NCBI GenBank assembly: GCA_018241695.1
Contig: JAFEDH010000026.1
Span: 26,302 to 90,301, forward strand
Origin: Pseudomonadota bacterium
Lineage (GTDB): Bacteria; Pseudomonadota; Gammaproteobacteria; Burkholderiales; Rhodocyclaceae
Length of the DNA stretch: 64,000 bases
Reading direction: 5' to 3'
How positions within the stretch are numbered: the first letter of the stretch is position 1; each line of letters opens with the position of its first letter. Both the position numbers and the translations under genes were made by a program. This document shows, piece by piece, positions 1 through 9,894 of this stretch. The notes under the pieces are model-generated. The model was not told the origin of the DNA and did no database searches. It saw only the letters and a program-made list of their open reading frames with translations.

Positions 1-790
1 GCCAGAGCTGGTTGTAGGTGGATTTCTGGTCAACGTTGGTCTTGTCGTACTTGTAGTCGATCTGGAACTGTTCGCTGAACTTGAAATTGGCCGCGAGGCG
101 ATATTCCTGGTTGTTGCGGTTGTTCAGTTCGTTGACCGAGCTTCCCGCGGTGGTCTTGACCCAGCCATCACGCTTTTCGTCACGAAGGCCGAAATTCAGG
201 CTCATGATGCCGATCTTGGGCAGATCGAAGGAAGCCTTGATCACCTGGGCGCCGTAATTGCCCAGATCGACGTTGACCGAGCCGCCCCATTCACCGGAGG
301 GTTTGCGGGTAATCAGGTTGATGGCACCGGCCGTGGTGTTACGGCCATAGAGGGTGCCCTGGGGACCGCGCAGCACTTCCACGCGCTCCAGATCGATGGC
401 GTCGAATACGTTGCCCTGGGATTTGCCCAGATACACGCCGTCCAGATACAGGCCGACGGCAGCATCCCAGATCAGGGCCGGGTTGTTGGTCACGCTGCCG
501 CGCATGGCGACCTGGGCGGCAGTGGAGTTGCCCGGTGCGTTGTGGATCTGCAGGTTGGGCGCCAGAGAGCTCAGGTCGGCGATGCTCTGGATGCCGCGGT
601 CATCAAGCTGGGCGCCGCTGATGGCGCTGATGGCGATCGGTACGTCTTGCAGTTTTTCGGCCCGTTTCTGGGCAGTGACGACGACTTCTTCAATGGCGAA
701 GGGGTCATCGGCGAAGGCGGTTCCGGCTTGCGCCAGTGCAGCAATGGAGACCGCCAGTATGGTCGGACGGGAGATGATGCGAAGTCCCAT
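1..790 (-). CDS. TonB-dependent outer-membrane receptor, N-terminal part (gene continues beyond the left window edge)
   Basis: Not in the ORF track because it is open at the edge. Minus-strand translation from ATG 790-788 reads MGLRIISRPTILAVSIAALAQAGTAFADDPFAIEEVVVTAQKRAEKLQDVPIAISAISGAQLDDRGIQS...LERVEVLRGPQGTLYGRNTTAGAINLITRKP. This is a signal peptide followed by TonB-receptor plug-domain motifs. AGGAGC lies 7 nt upstream. Confidence 0.85.
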   Translation of the reverse strand, partial: MGLRIISRPTILAVSIAALAQAGTAFADDPFAIEEVVVTAQKRAEKLQDVPIAISAISGAQLDDRGIQSIADLSSLAPNLQIHNAPGNSTAAQVAMRGSVTNNPALIWDAAVGLYLDGVYLGKSQGNVFDAIDLERVEVLRGPQGTLYGRNTTAGAINLITRKPSGEWGGSVNVDLGNYGAQVIKASFDLPKIGIMSLNFGLRDEKRDGWVKTTAGSSVNELNNRNNQEYRLAANFKFSEQFQIDYKYDKTNVDQKSTYNQLW

Positions 791-1100
791 AGTGTTCGCT
801 CCTAACGAGTGGATTGAAAGGGAAAAGATGGAATTTTTGGAATTGCGCCAAAGTGAAACACCGGATGCTTGTTTTTATTGAACTTTCCGGTGCCGGGACA
901 GTAACACAAGGCGGTGTGGCGACACCCTGGATGTGTGCAATCAATGGTTACAAAGTCAGGGTTTGTTGCCAAAACGCGACACATTCATATCCAGATGACC
1001 GTAACGACGGGAGCGAATCACTCCGGATTCGACGGTGATCGGTAGGCGATCGTGGCATCATTCCTGACGAAATTCCGCCCGATATCCTGATTGCAAAGCC

Positions 1101-1868
1101 ATGAAGATCGCCACCTGGAATGTCAACTCCCTCAAGGTTCGCCTGCCGCACGTGATCGACTGGCTGAATACCCATCAGCCCGATGCGCTGTGCCTGCAGG
1201 AGACCAAGACCGAGGACAAGGGATTTCCTTATACCGAGCTGGAGGCCGCGGGTTACCGCGCGGTGCATAACGGGCAGAAAACTTACAACGGCGTCGCGCT
1301 GCTGACGCGGGGGGGCGCCGAAAATGTGCAGACCGATATTCCTGGTTTCGCCGACGAACAAAAGCGTGTCATCTCCGGCACGGTGGGCGGGGTGCGTCTG
1401 GTATGCGCCTATTTTCCCAACGGACAGGCCGTCGGTTCCGACAAATATGCATACAAGCTAGCCTGGCTCGCGGCTCTGGAGCAGTGGCTGGTGGAAGAAA
1501 TCCAGCGCTATCCACACCTGGCCCTACTAGGGGACTACAACATCGCTCCTGACGATCGGGATGTACACGACCCCGCTGCCTGGCGTGACCAGATCCTGTG
1601 CTCGACGCCGGAGCGCGAGGCGTTCCGGCGCTTGTTGGAGCTGGGTCTTGAGGATGCCTTCCGTCTTTTCGATCAGCCGGAAAAGACCTTCAGCTGGTGG
1701 GATTATCGGGCAGCGGGCTTTCGGCGTAATGCCGGGCTGCGCATTGATCATATCCTGCTCTCCGCGCCACTGGCGGCAGTTTGCACGGAATGCGGGGTGG
1801 ACAAGGCGCCACGTAAGCTGGAGCGCCCCTCCGACCATGCCCCGGTCGTGGCCGATCTGGCGCTGTAA
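1101..1868 (+). CDS. xthA: Exodeoxyribonuclease III (AP endonuclease)
   Basis: 255 aa. [18 protein letters not shown]...LCLQETK...[10 protein letters not shown] are hallmarks of the exonuclease III/EEP family. Confidence 0.9.
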   Translation: MKIATWNVNSLKVRLPHVIDWLNTHQPDALCLQETKTEDKGFPYTELEAAGYRAVHNGQKTYNGVALLTRGGAENVQTDIPGFADEQKRVISGTVGGVRLVCAYFPNGQAVGSDKYAYKLAWLAALEQWLVEEIQRYPHLALLGDYNIAPDDRDVHDPAAWRDQILCSTPEREAFRRLLELGLEDAFRLFDQPEKTFSWWDYRAAGFRRNAGLRIDHILLSAPLAAVCTECGVDKAPRKLERPSDHAPVVADLAL

Positions 1869-1886
1869 TGTGTGATTTTTCGCCCC

Positions 1887-1920
1887 AAAAGAAAACGGCC
1901 CCGCAGGGCCGTTTTCTTTT
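1887..1920. terminator. Bidirectional rho-independent terminator between convergent xthA and sodB
   Basis: AAAAGAAAACGGCCC-CGCA-GGGCCGTTTTCTTTT: GC stem flanked by an A-run and a T-run. Confidence 0.75.
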
Positions 1921-1938
1921 GGGGGCGGGGAAATGTGC

Positions 1939-2526
1939 TCAGCCAAAGTTGGCGGCGGCGAAATCCCAGTTGGCCAGCTTCTCAAGAAAGGTTTCAACGA
2001 ACTTGGGACGCAGGTTGCGGTAGTCGATGTAGTAGGCGTGTTCCCACACGTCGATGGTGAGGAGCGCGCGGCCTTCACCGCTTTTCAGCGGGGTGCCGGC
2101 AGCACCGGTGTTCACGATGTCCACGCTGCCGTCATCTTTTTTCACCAGCCAGGTCCAGCCAGAGCCGAAGTTGCCTACGGCGGATGCCTGGAAGGCTTTC
2201 TTGAAGTCATCGAAAGAGCCCCATTTCTTGTTGATGGCAGCGGCCAGAGCACCAGTTGGAGCACCGCCGCCGTTGGGCTTCATGGATTTCCAGAAGAAGG
2301 TGTGGTTCCACACCTGGGCCGCATTGTTGTAGAGGCCGCCGGCGGGGGCCTTCTTGACGATGGCTTCCAGATCGAGGGCTTCATATTCGGTGCCCTTGAT
2401 CAGATTGTTCAGGTTGGTGACATACGCCTGGTGATGCTTGCCGTAATGGAACTCGATGGTTTCCTTGGAGATATGGGGTGCGAGGGCATCCTGGGCGTAG
2501 GGGAGGGGAGGGAGGGTATGTTCCAT
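1939..2526 (-). CDS. sodB: Superoxide dismutase (Fe type)
   Basis: 195 aa. [22 protein letters not shown] and [13 protein letters not shown] are Fe/Mn-SOD signatures. Confidence 0.93.
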   Translation of the reverse strand: MEHTLPPLPYAQDALAPHISKETIEFHYGKHHQAYVTNLNNLIKGTEYEALDLEAIVKKAPAGGLYNNAAQVWNHTFFWKSMKPNGGGAPTGALAAAINKKWGSFDDFKKAFQASAVGNFGSGWTWLVKKDDGSVDIVNTGAAGTPLKSGEGRALLTIDVWEHAYYIDYRNLRPKFVETFLEKLANWDFAAANFG

Positions 2527-2634
2527 GGAGGTCTCTCTGTCGGGGTTGGGGGAAAGGCGCGGATCGCCGTGAGGACGATGGCGGTCTGCATTGTCGGATG
2601 CAGTGATTCTACGCCCAAAGCGGGAGCGAAAAAC

Positions 2635-3948
2635 TCAGGTGGATTCGATACGGGCGGTGGCCTGTCCACTGGCGAATTGAATCTCGATGCGGCTGCCGGG
2701 AGGTGCCTGGATACTGTCGCGAACGACCATGCCTGCGGCATCGCGCACGATGCTGTAACCACGGGAGAGAGGGGCTTCCGGGGCCAAAGCATTTAATTGT
2801 GTCTGCAGCAGGTCGAGACGATGACAGCGCTGGGTGAGGAGACGCTGCCCGGCCGCCTGCAGGCGCTCTTCGGCCAGGCGCAACCGGGTATGCAGATGTG
2901 CCAGGTTGGGACGCACTCCCTGCAGGCCCAGTTGGGCCTGGCCCAGACGACTGACGTCACGGCGCAGATGCCGGCCCAGGGCACCGGCGAGGCGTGCGGC
3001 GAGATGTGCCACCTGATTATCCAGAGCCTGAAGGCGTCGTGCCGGATGGATGAGGCGTGTGGCGAGCAGATCGAGACGCTGGAGGCGGGTTTCCGTCATG
3101 CGCCAGGCCGTGGCATGAAGATTCCTGCTCAGGTTGATCAGCTTTTCCTGAGCGGCGAACCAGCCGGCAGTGGCCAGTTCTGCTGCGGCGGTAGGGGTGG
3201 CGGCGCGCTGGTCGGCGACGAAATCGGCGATGGTGGTATCGGTTTCATGGCCGACGCCGCTGATCACCGGAATGCCGCTCGTGGAAATGGCCCGTGCCAC
3301 GGCTTCTTCGTTGAATGCCCAGAGATCTTCCAGGCTGCCACCGCCGCGGGCCACGATCAGCAGATCGCATTCGGCCCGGTGGCTGGCGCGGGCGATGGCC
3401 GCTGCGATCTGGGCACCGGCATCCTCACCCTGGACCCGGGCGGAATAGAGCACCACGCTGACATGAGGCGCACGCCGGGCGAGGGTGGTGAGAATGTCCT
3501 GCAGGGCGGCCGCCTGGGGTGAGGTGACGATGCCGATCGTGCGTGGGAAAACGGGCAGGAAGCGTTTGCGCTCCACCGCGAAAAGGCCTTCCGCTTCCAG
3601 CATTGCCTTGAGACGGAGGAAGGCCTCATAGAGCCGCCCCATTCCTCCCCGACGCAATGCTTCGACGTTGAGCTGGAAATCTCCACGGGCTTCGTAGAGC
3701 GTGGCCAGCGCCTGGGCTTCAACCTGCTGCCCGTTTTCGGGACGCCAGGGCAGCAACTGGGCGCGGGAGCGGAACATGACGCAACGCACCTGGGCATCCG
3801 CATCCCTGAGGGTGAAATACACATGACCGGAGCTTGCCCGGGTCAGGTTGGATATCTCGCCAGCCACCCAGCACAGAGGCAGATGCAGTTCAATTGCCTG
3901 ACGGGTCAGACGGTTGAGTTCGCGGACAGTAAGAACAGTTGCGCTCAT
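2635..3948 (-). CDS. xseA: Exodeoxyribonuclease VII large subunit
   Basis: 437 aa. N-terminal OB-fold region (GEISNLTRASSGHVYFTLRD) and the GGGSLEDLWAFNEE motif. Confidence 0.9.
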   Translation of the reverse strand: MSATVLTVRELNRLTRQAIELHLPLCWVAGEISNLTRASSGHVYFTLRDADAQVRCVMFRSRAQLLPWRPENGQQVEAQALATLYEARGDFQLNVEALRRGGMGRLYEAFLRLKAMLEAEGLFAVERKRFLPVFPRTIGIVTSPQAAALQDILTTLARRAPHVSVVLYSARVQGEDAGAQIAAAIARASHRAECDLLIVARGGGSLEDLWAFNEEAVARAISTSGIPVISGVGHETDTTIADFVADQRAATPTAAAELATAGWFAAQEKLINLSRNLHATAWRMTETRLQRLDLLATRLIHPARRLQALDNQVAHLAARLAGALGRHLRRDVSRLGQAQLGLQGVRPNLAHLHTRLRLAEERLQAAGQRLLTQRCHRLDLLQTQLNALAPEAPLSRGYSIVRDAAGMVVRDSIQAPPGSRIEIQFASGQATARIEST

Positions 3949-4153
3949 GACGGAGGGCAGAATGGGATGGAGCGGATTCTACGGATTCCATTCATCACGG
4001 GGTGACGCAATCCCGCCATTGCCGTGAAACATGCGCTGTTACGCAAAGATTTTGTTAAACCATTGAATTATTTAAGGACTGAAGTACTGCATGATTTTTG
4101 ACGGAGCTGAAAAAACGCTGACAGAAAGGGGGCTTAGGTGATTCACTCCGGTT

Positions 4154-4188
4154 TTTCCCACACACTTATCCACAGTTTTTGTGGATAA
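4154..4188. promoter_or_regulatory. Inverted pair of perfect DnaA boxes plus one near-box
   Basis: TTATCCACA (4166-4174), gtttt, TGTGGATAA (4180-4188). TTTCCCACA at 4154-4162 has one mismatch to TTWTNCACA. The site lies in the 354-bp divergent xseA/TetR intergenic region, next to an AT-rich stretch (about 4035-4130). Confidence 0.5.
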
Positions 4189-4302
4189 AAGTTCAAGTGT
4201 TCATATCCGGTTTCTGGCCCGTCTTGCCAGTAGACCTGGCAGTACAGGCGGTCAATTTAAAGCAATTGATTTATTTTTTGAGCGGGATTAGGATCGACCG
4301 CC

Positions 4303-4980
4303 ATGAGCCAGCCGGCCCGAATCGCTACCCGTGAATCCTTGCCGCTGACCGCCGAACGTCTTTTTGCACAGGACGGGGTGGAGGGCGTGTCCTTGCGCGC
4401 CATTGCCCTGGCGGCGGGGCAGCGCAATGTATCGGCCCTGCATTACCATTTTGGTGGCAAGGAGCCGCTGATCGGCGCCCTGCTGGCAATGCGTCTGCAG
4501 CCCATCAATGCCCGACGCAAGGAACTTCTGGCCAGTCTCGACCGCGAGAATCGAGGCGAAGACCTGCGCGGCCTGGTCGAAGCGCTGACACTGCCGATGC
4601 TGGAACAGCTTCAGGATCCGGACAACCACTGGGTGGGGCTGCTCCACCAGCTTTATCTGCACACGCAGGATGGCTTGATCTTCGCCGGCATCGATGCAGC
4701 CCTGGTGACCGGAATGGATCATATCTTCACCCGGATTGCGCGGGTGCTTGCTCCGCTTCCCACAGCATTGCGTGAAAGTCGCATGCGGCTGGCGGGGGCG
4801 CAGCAGGTGTATAGCGCCGCCGACTGGTATTACCGCCGTGCTGCCGGTCAGCAGGTGATTCCCCTGGAGCAGCTAGCTGCCAATCTCGTCGATTTCATCG
4901 TCGGTGGCTTGATGGCGCCGGTTTCCCCCGGTCGCATCCGGTTGGGCAAACCCGCCTTGCGGACGGCTCAGGCGCTGTAG
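4303..4980 (+). CDS. TetR/AcrR-family transcriptional regulator
   Basis: 225 aa. The N-terminal HTH LFAQDGVEGVSLRAIALAAGQRNVSALHYHFGGKEPL is typical of TetR. Confidence 0.85.
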   Translation: MSQPARIATRESLPLTAERLFAQDGVEGVSLRAIALAAGQRNVSALHYHFGGKEPLIGALLAMRLQPINARRKELLASLDRENRGEDLRGLVEALTLPMLEQLQDPDNHWVGLLHQLYLHTQDGLIFAGIDAALVTGMDHIFTRIARVLAPLPTALRESRMRLAGAQQVYSAADWYYRRAAGQQVIPLEQLAANLVDFIVGGLMAPVSPGRIRLGKPALRTAQAL

Positions 4981-5048
4981 AGTGCCGGTCAGCGTGGCTT
5001 CATGAAAATGTGATGCCACGAGAGAAAAGATGAAGGGAGGGATGAGAC

Positions 5049-7430
5049 ATGGATGGTTCGATTTCAGGATGGCCGCAAAGGCTGATCGGGGTTGCCGCCT
5101 GGATGATGGCCGGTGTGGCCTCCCTGGCCGTGGCCGGGCCGGATCGCACCGTATTGCCCTTGCCGGAGGCCCATTACCAGGGCAAGGTGGGGCGCTATCT
5201 GGCGGATTCCGACAAGCCGTACTTCCCGCCGGGTGTCACGGCGCCCAAAGGGGCGCCGAATGTGGTGCTGGTGCTGCTCGATGATGTCGGTTTCGGCCAG
5301 ATGGGAACCTTTGGCGGCGGAATTGAAACCCCGGCGCTCGATGCCCTGGCCCATGAGGGCCTGCGTTACAACCGCTTTCACACCACATCTTTGTGCTCCC
5401 CGACACGCGCCGCCCTGCTGACGGGGCGCAACCACCATGCCGTGGGTTCCGGACGCATCACCGAACTGGCCAATGGTTACGACGGCTACAACTCCATCAT
5501 CCCCAAAAGCGCGGCCACGGTCGCGGAGGTGCTGCGTGAAAACGGCTATGCCACCGCAATGTTCGGCAAACACCACAACACGCCCGACTGGGAGACCGGT
5601 CGCGCCGGTCCTTTCGACCGCTGGCCCACCGGCCTGGGATTTGAATATTTCTATGGCTTTCTCGGCGGGGATACCAACCAGTATGAGCCAACGCTGTACG
5701 AGAACACCGTGCCGGTGCCCGATCAGCCCAGAGGAGCGAACTATCATCTCACCACCGATCTGGCCGATCACGCGATCGACTGGGCGCGCCAGATCCGGGC
5801 TGCTGCACCGGAGAAGCCTTACTTCCTGTATCTCGCTACCGGCGCCACCCATGCGCCCCATCATGCGCCGCGCGAGTGGATCGACCGTTTCAAGGGACGC
5901 TTCGACCGTGGCTGGGATGAGTACCGCAGGATGACCCTGGAGCGCCAGAAGCGTCTGGGGCTTGTTCCTCCCGATACTGTTCTGACGCCGCGCCCGGAGG
6001 GGATTCCCGCGTGGGAGAGCCTGACCCCGGTACAGAAAAAGGTCTTTGCGCGGATGATGGAGGTTTTCGCGGGATTTACCGCGCATACCGATCATGAGGT
6101 GGGCCGTGTGATTTCCGCCCTGCGATCGTTGCCGGGTGGCGAGAACACCCTGGTGATCTACATTGCCGGCGACAACGGCTCCAGCGCCGAGGGTGGGCCA
6201 CAAGGATCACTCAACGAGCTTTCCATCCTCAACGGCCAGATCGAGAATGCCGTGAACATGGTCGATCACCTTGACGAACTGGGTACGGACCACTTTCTCA
6301 ATCACTTCCCCATCGCCTGGGCCCACGCCATGGATACCCCCTTCCAGTGGTACAAGATGGTGGCCTCCCACCTGGGAGCGATGCGCAACGGCATGGTGAT
6401 TTCCTGGCCGGCGCGCATCCGGGAGCACGACGGTATCCGTACCCAGTTCCACCATGTGGTGGATGTGATGCCCACCATTCTCGAAGCGGCCGGTCTGCCC
6501 GTTCCGCGCAGTGTCGATGGTGTGAAGCAGCAGCCCATGGAGGGTACGAGCATGGTCTATACCTTCGACCATCCCGACGCACCCAGTCATCGCCGTACCC
6601 AGTATTTCGAACTGGCCGGCAATCGCGCCTTGTACCACGATGGCTGGATGGCTTCGGCGAAGTTTTTCGCGGTGTCCGACTTTTTTGCCGGCAAGCCCAT
6701 CCCCACCGACCCCGGCCGGGTGACCTGGGAACTCTACGATCTCGAGCACGATTTTTCCCAATCACGCAATCTTGCCGTCCAGGAACCGGCACGGCTCAAG
6801 GCCATGGAGACGCTGTTCTGGAAAGAGGCAGCACGCAACAAGGTGCTTCCGGTCAGTCTCAACAACGAGGAGGACGTGGAGGGTATCTACCGTCCCAATC
6901 CCCTGCGCGGCATCCGTGAATTCACCTTCACGCCGGGTATCCGGATGCCCGAGGGATCGGCGCCCAATCTGAAGAACACGTCCTTTCGCATCGAGGCCGA
7001 TGTCCGCATGGAACCGGGGCATACCCAGGGTGTGATTCTGGCCCAGGGAGGACGCTTTGGCGGTTACTCCCTGTATGTGAAGGATGATCGGCTGCACTTT
7101 GCCTACAACTACCTCAACGTTGATCACACACGTATCTCCAGCAGTACGCCCCTCCCCACGGGGCGCGTAATACTGGCGGCGGAGTTTCAGTACGAAGGCG
7201 GCAGGCAGCCGGGTGCCGGCGGGACAGTGACGCTGTATGCCGATGGCAAGCTCATTGGTACGGGAAAGGTGCCACGCACCATGGCACGTCGCATCTCCCT
7301 GTCGGAAACCTTCGATGTCGGTTTCGACGCGACGACACCCGTGACAACGGATTACACTTCCCCGGCGCGTTTCGGCCCCGATCTGGAGCAGGTGCGTCTG
7401 CGTCTGGGCGACGCTGTTTCCACTCATTGA
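5049..7430 (+). CDS. Arylsulfatase (Cys-type, long form with C-terminal beta-rich domain), paralogue 1
   Basis: 793 aa. Signal peptide, LLDDVGFG metal site, sulfatase signature LCSPTRAALLTGRNHH (formylglycine Cys), GKHHN, and a ~200-aa C-terminal extension (GGYSLYVKDDRLHFAYNY). AGGGAGG SD. Confidence 0.85.
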   Translation: MDGSISGWPQRLIGVAAWMMAGVASLAVAGPDRTVLPLPEAHYQGKVGRYLADSDKPYFPPGVTAPKGAPNVVLVLLDDVGFGQMGTFGGGIETPALDALAHEGLRYNRFHTTSLCSPTRAALLTGRNHHAVGSGRITELANGYDGYNSIIPKSAATVAEVLRENGYATAMFGKHHNTPDWETGRAGPFDRWPTGLGFEYFYGFLGGDTNQYEPTLYENTVPVPDQPRGANYHLTTDLADHAIDWARQIRAAAPEKPYFLYLATGATHAPHHAPREWIDRFKGRFDRGWDEYRRMTLERQKRLGLVPPDTVLTPRPEGIPAWESLTPVQKKVFARMMEVFAGFTAHTDHEVGRVISALRSLPGGENTLVIYIAGDNGSSAEGGPQGSLNELSILNGQIENAVNMVDHLDELGTDHFLNHFPIAWAHAMDTPFQWYKMVASHLGAMRNGMVISWPARIREHDGIRTQFHHVVDVMPTILEAAGLPVPRSVDGVKQQPMEGTSMVYTFDHPDAPSHRRTQYFELAGNRALYHDGWMASAKFFAVSDFFAGKPIPTDPGRVTWELYDLEHDFSQSRNLAVQEPARLKAMETLFWKEAARNKVLPVSLNNEEDVEGIYRPNPLRGIREFTFTPGIRMPEGSAPNLKNTSFRIEADVRMEPGHTQGVILAQGGRFGGYSLYVKDDRLHFAYNYLNVDHTRISSSTPLPTGRVILAAEFQYEGGRQPGAGGTVTLYADGKLIGTGKVPRTMARRISLSETFDVGFDATTPVTTDYTSPARFGPDLEQVRLRLGDAVSTH

Positions 7431-7452
7431 CCATCCACTCCAGGGAGCGAGC

Positions 7453-9831
7453 ATGTCTCACCGATTCCCGCCTTTTCTCGTAACGCTGGCGCTTGCCGGC
7501 GCTGCCTGGGCGCAGACCGATTCCTCGCCCGAAACCGTACTGCCGCACCCCGATCCGGTTTTCCACGGCAAGATCGGCCGCACGGTGGCGGATTCCCGGG
7601 CCGATTATCCCAAGGCCGTGAAGGCGCCCAGGGGGGCGCCCAATATCCTGCTGGTTCTCACCGACGATGTGGGATTTGGCGCCAGCAGCACCTTCGGTGG
7701 CGAGATACCCACGCCCAATCTCGATCGCCTGGCGCAGGGGGGCCTGCGCTACAACCGCTTCCACACCACAGCGATGTGTTCACCTACGCGCGCCGCGCTG
7801 CTCACGGGCGTCAACGCCCATGAAGCGGGCACCGGCCTGGTGGTGGATTCTCCGTCGGGTTATCCCGGTTACACCGGCATCATCCCCCATGACGTGACTT
7901 CGGTGGCGCGTGTTCTGCGTGACAACGGCTACAGCACCGCCATGTTCGGCAAACACCACAACGTGGCCCGCCTGCAGAACTCCCAGGCCGGCCCCTTCAG
8001 CCAGTGGCCGGCGGCGCTGGGCTTCGATTACTTCTACGGATTCATCGGCGCGGAGGTCAACCAGTTCCATCCCAAGCTCTATCGCAATACCCAGCCGGCC
8101 GATCCGAAGCTCGATCCCGGTTACATTCTCGACCACGACCTGGCCGACGATGCGATCCGCTGGATTCACAACCAGAAGGCGGCGGCGCAGGACAAGCCCT
8201 TCTTCGTCTATTACGCCCCCGGCACCGCCCATGCGCCCCATCAGGCGCCGAAGGCATGGATCGCCCGCTTCAAGGGCAAATTCGATCAGGGCTGGGACAA
8301 GGTGCGGGAGGAAACGTTTGCCCGCCAGAAAGCGGCCGGCGTGATTCCCGCCGATGCACAGCTCACGCCGCGTCCGCCCGAGATTCCCGCATGGGACAGT
8401 CTCGATGCCACGCAAAGGAAGGTCTATGCGCGGATGATGGAGGTGTATGCCGCCATGCTGGCCTACCAGGACGACCAGTTCGGACGCATCGTCGATGAAC
8501 TCAAGCGCATGGGGCAGTTCGACAATACCCTGGTGATCTTCATCGAAGGCGACAATGGCGCCAGCGGAGAAGGTCATCTTGAAGGCAGCCTCAACGAGAT
8601 GGGGCATCTGGGCAACCGCTTCGATGAAACCGTGGCGGATCTCGCTGCCCGCATGGAGGATATGGGTGGCCCCGATTCCTACGAGATCTATCCCATCGGC
8701 TGGGCGCTCGCCATGGATACGCCCTTCCAGTGGATGAAGCAGATCGCTTCCCATCTGGGCGGCATCCGTAACGGCATGGTGGTGTCCTGGCCGCAACGCA
8801 TCCGGGCGCGCGGCGAGATTCGTGGCCAGTTTTCCCATGTGACCGACATCTTCCCGACCCTGATCGAAGCCACCGGCATACCGATGCCGACGCGGGTCGA
8901 TGGCGTCGCCCTGCGTGCTCCCGAAGGCACGAGCCTGGTCTATACCTTCGACGATGCCAATGCGCCGGAGCGGCACACCCTGCAGTATTTCGAACTGTTG
9001 GGGAATCGCGCCCTCTACCAGGAGGGCTGGATGGCCAATACCACGCCGCGGCGCCTGCCTTTCGAGCTTTCGCCCCGCCCCGGCGATTACCAGTGGGAAC
9101 TCTATGACCTGAAAACCGACTTTTCACAGTCGCGCAATCTGGCCCGGGAGATGCCGGACAAACTCAAGGCCATGGAGGACAAATGGTGGGCCGAGGCCGG
9201 ACGCAACAATGTGCTGCCGGTGGATGACGATCTTCAGTCACGCGACCGGAATGCCGCCCAGACCACGATGATGGCGGCCCGGCGCAGCGATTTCGAGTTC
9301 TGGGGGAACGCGGTGAGTGTCTATGCCGACAGCGCGCCCTTCATGGTCGCGCGCTCCTTCAGCATCACGGCGCATGTCACAATCCCCAGGGGCGGTGGCA
9401 AGGGAGTTCTGGTGGCATCCGGCAGCCGCTTTGGTGGCTGGAGCTTCTATTTCAAGGATGGCCGGCCAGCCATGCTGCATGCCTATTCCCATCTGCCCCG
9501 TCACCAGTATCGGGTAATGTCCGGGCAGGTGGTCCCCCCGGGAGATGCGGTGATCCGCTACGATTTTGATTACGATGGCGGGGGCCTCAACAAGGGTGGC
9601 CGGATGCATATCAGCGTCAACGGCAAGGAGGTGGCGAACGGGCGCATCGATCACACCATCAATGTGACGGTGGGTGTCGGTGAAACTTTCGATATCGGAC
9701 GCGATACGGGGCTGACCGTTGTGCGCGAGTTGCCGGGTGATGGAGCCTTCAATGGCGCGATCGGCAAGGTCGAGGTCAATCTGGCGCCGCTGATGGCCCC
9801 GGTAAAAATGGGGCCGGTCAAACGGCCCTGA
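7453..9831 (+). CDS. Arylsulfatase, paralogue 2
   Basis: 792 aa. Signal peptide, MCSPTRAALLTGVNAH signature, same architecture as paralogue 1. Starts 22 nt after paralogue 1. Confidence 0.85.
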   Translation: MSHRFPPFLVTLALAGAAWAQTDSSPETVLPHPDPVFHGKIGRTVADSRADYPKAVKAPRGAPNILLVLTDDVGFGASSTFGGEIPTPNLDRLAQGGLRYNRFHTTAMCSPTRAALLTGVNAHEAGTGLVVDSPSGYPGYTGIIPHDVTSVARVLRDNGYSTAMFGKHHNVARLQNSQAGPFSQWPAALGFDYFYGFIGAEVNQFHPKLYRNTQPADPKLDPGYILDHDLADDAIRWIHNQKAAAQDKPFFVYYAPGTAHAPHQAPKAWIARFKGKFDQGWDKVREETFARQKAAGVIPADAQLTPRPPEIPAWDSLDATQRKVYARMMEVYAAMLAYQDDQFGRIVDELKRMGQFDNTLVIFIEGDNGASGEGHLEGSLNEMGHLGNRFDETVADLAARMEDMGGPDSYEIYPIGWALAMDTPFQWMKQIASHLGGIRNGMVVSWPQRIRARGEIRGQFSHVTDIFPTLIEATGIPMPTRVDGVALRAPEGTSLVYTFDDANAPERHTLQYFELLGNRALYQEGWMANTTPRRLPFELSPRPGDYQWELYDLKTDFSQSRNLAREMPDKLKAMEDKWWAEAGRNNVLPVDDDLQSRDRNAAQTTMMAARRSDFEFWGNAVSVYADSAPFMVARSFSITAHVTIPRGGGKGVLVASGSRFGGWSFYFKDGRPAMLHAYSHLPRHQYRVMSGQVVPPGDAVIRYDFDYDGGGLNKGGRMHISVNGKEVANGRIDHTINVTVGVGETFDIGRDTGLTVVRELPGDGAFNGAIGKVEVNLAPLMAPVKMGPVKRP

Positions 9832-9894
9832 ATGTGTTGCTTGGAGCGGGATGGCATTACCGGTCCGCCTCGCTCATTCCAGGAGAGGAACACC

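Noticed and set aside
791-1100. Cobalamin or TPP riboswitch in the TonB-receptor leader
   Set aside because: A B12-box-like string (GTCAGGAATGATGCC) occurs, but at the 5' end of the leader. The other conserved elements (GGGAA, GCCACTG core; CTGAGA for TPP) are absent.
4035-4200. Chromosomal origin of replication (oriC)
   Set aside because: There are only two perfect DnaA boxes and one near-box. No dnaA, dnaN, rpmH or gidA is nearby, and there is no array of 13-mer repeats. A regulatory, DARS-like or titration site is the more conservative reading (kept as a finding).
9832-9894. Upstream ATG start for arylsulfatase 3, abutting the stop of paralogue 2
   Set aside because: The 21 extra residues (MCCLERDGITGPPRSFQERNT) precede a canonical signal peptide that has its own SD, so 9895 is preferred. 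This cannot be decided without N-terminal data.
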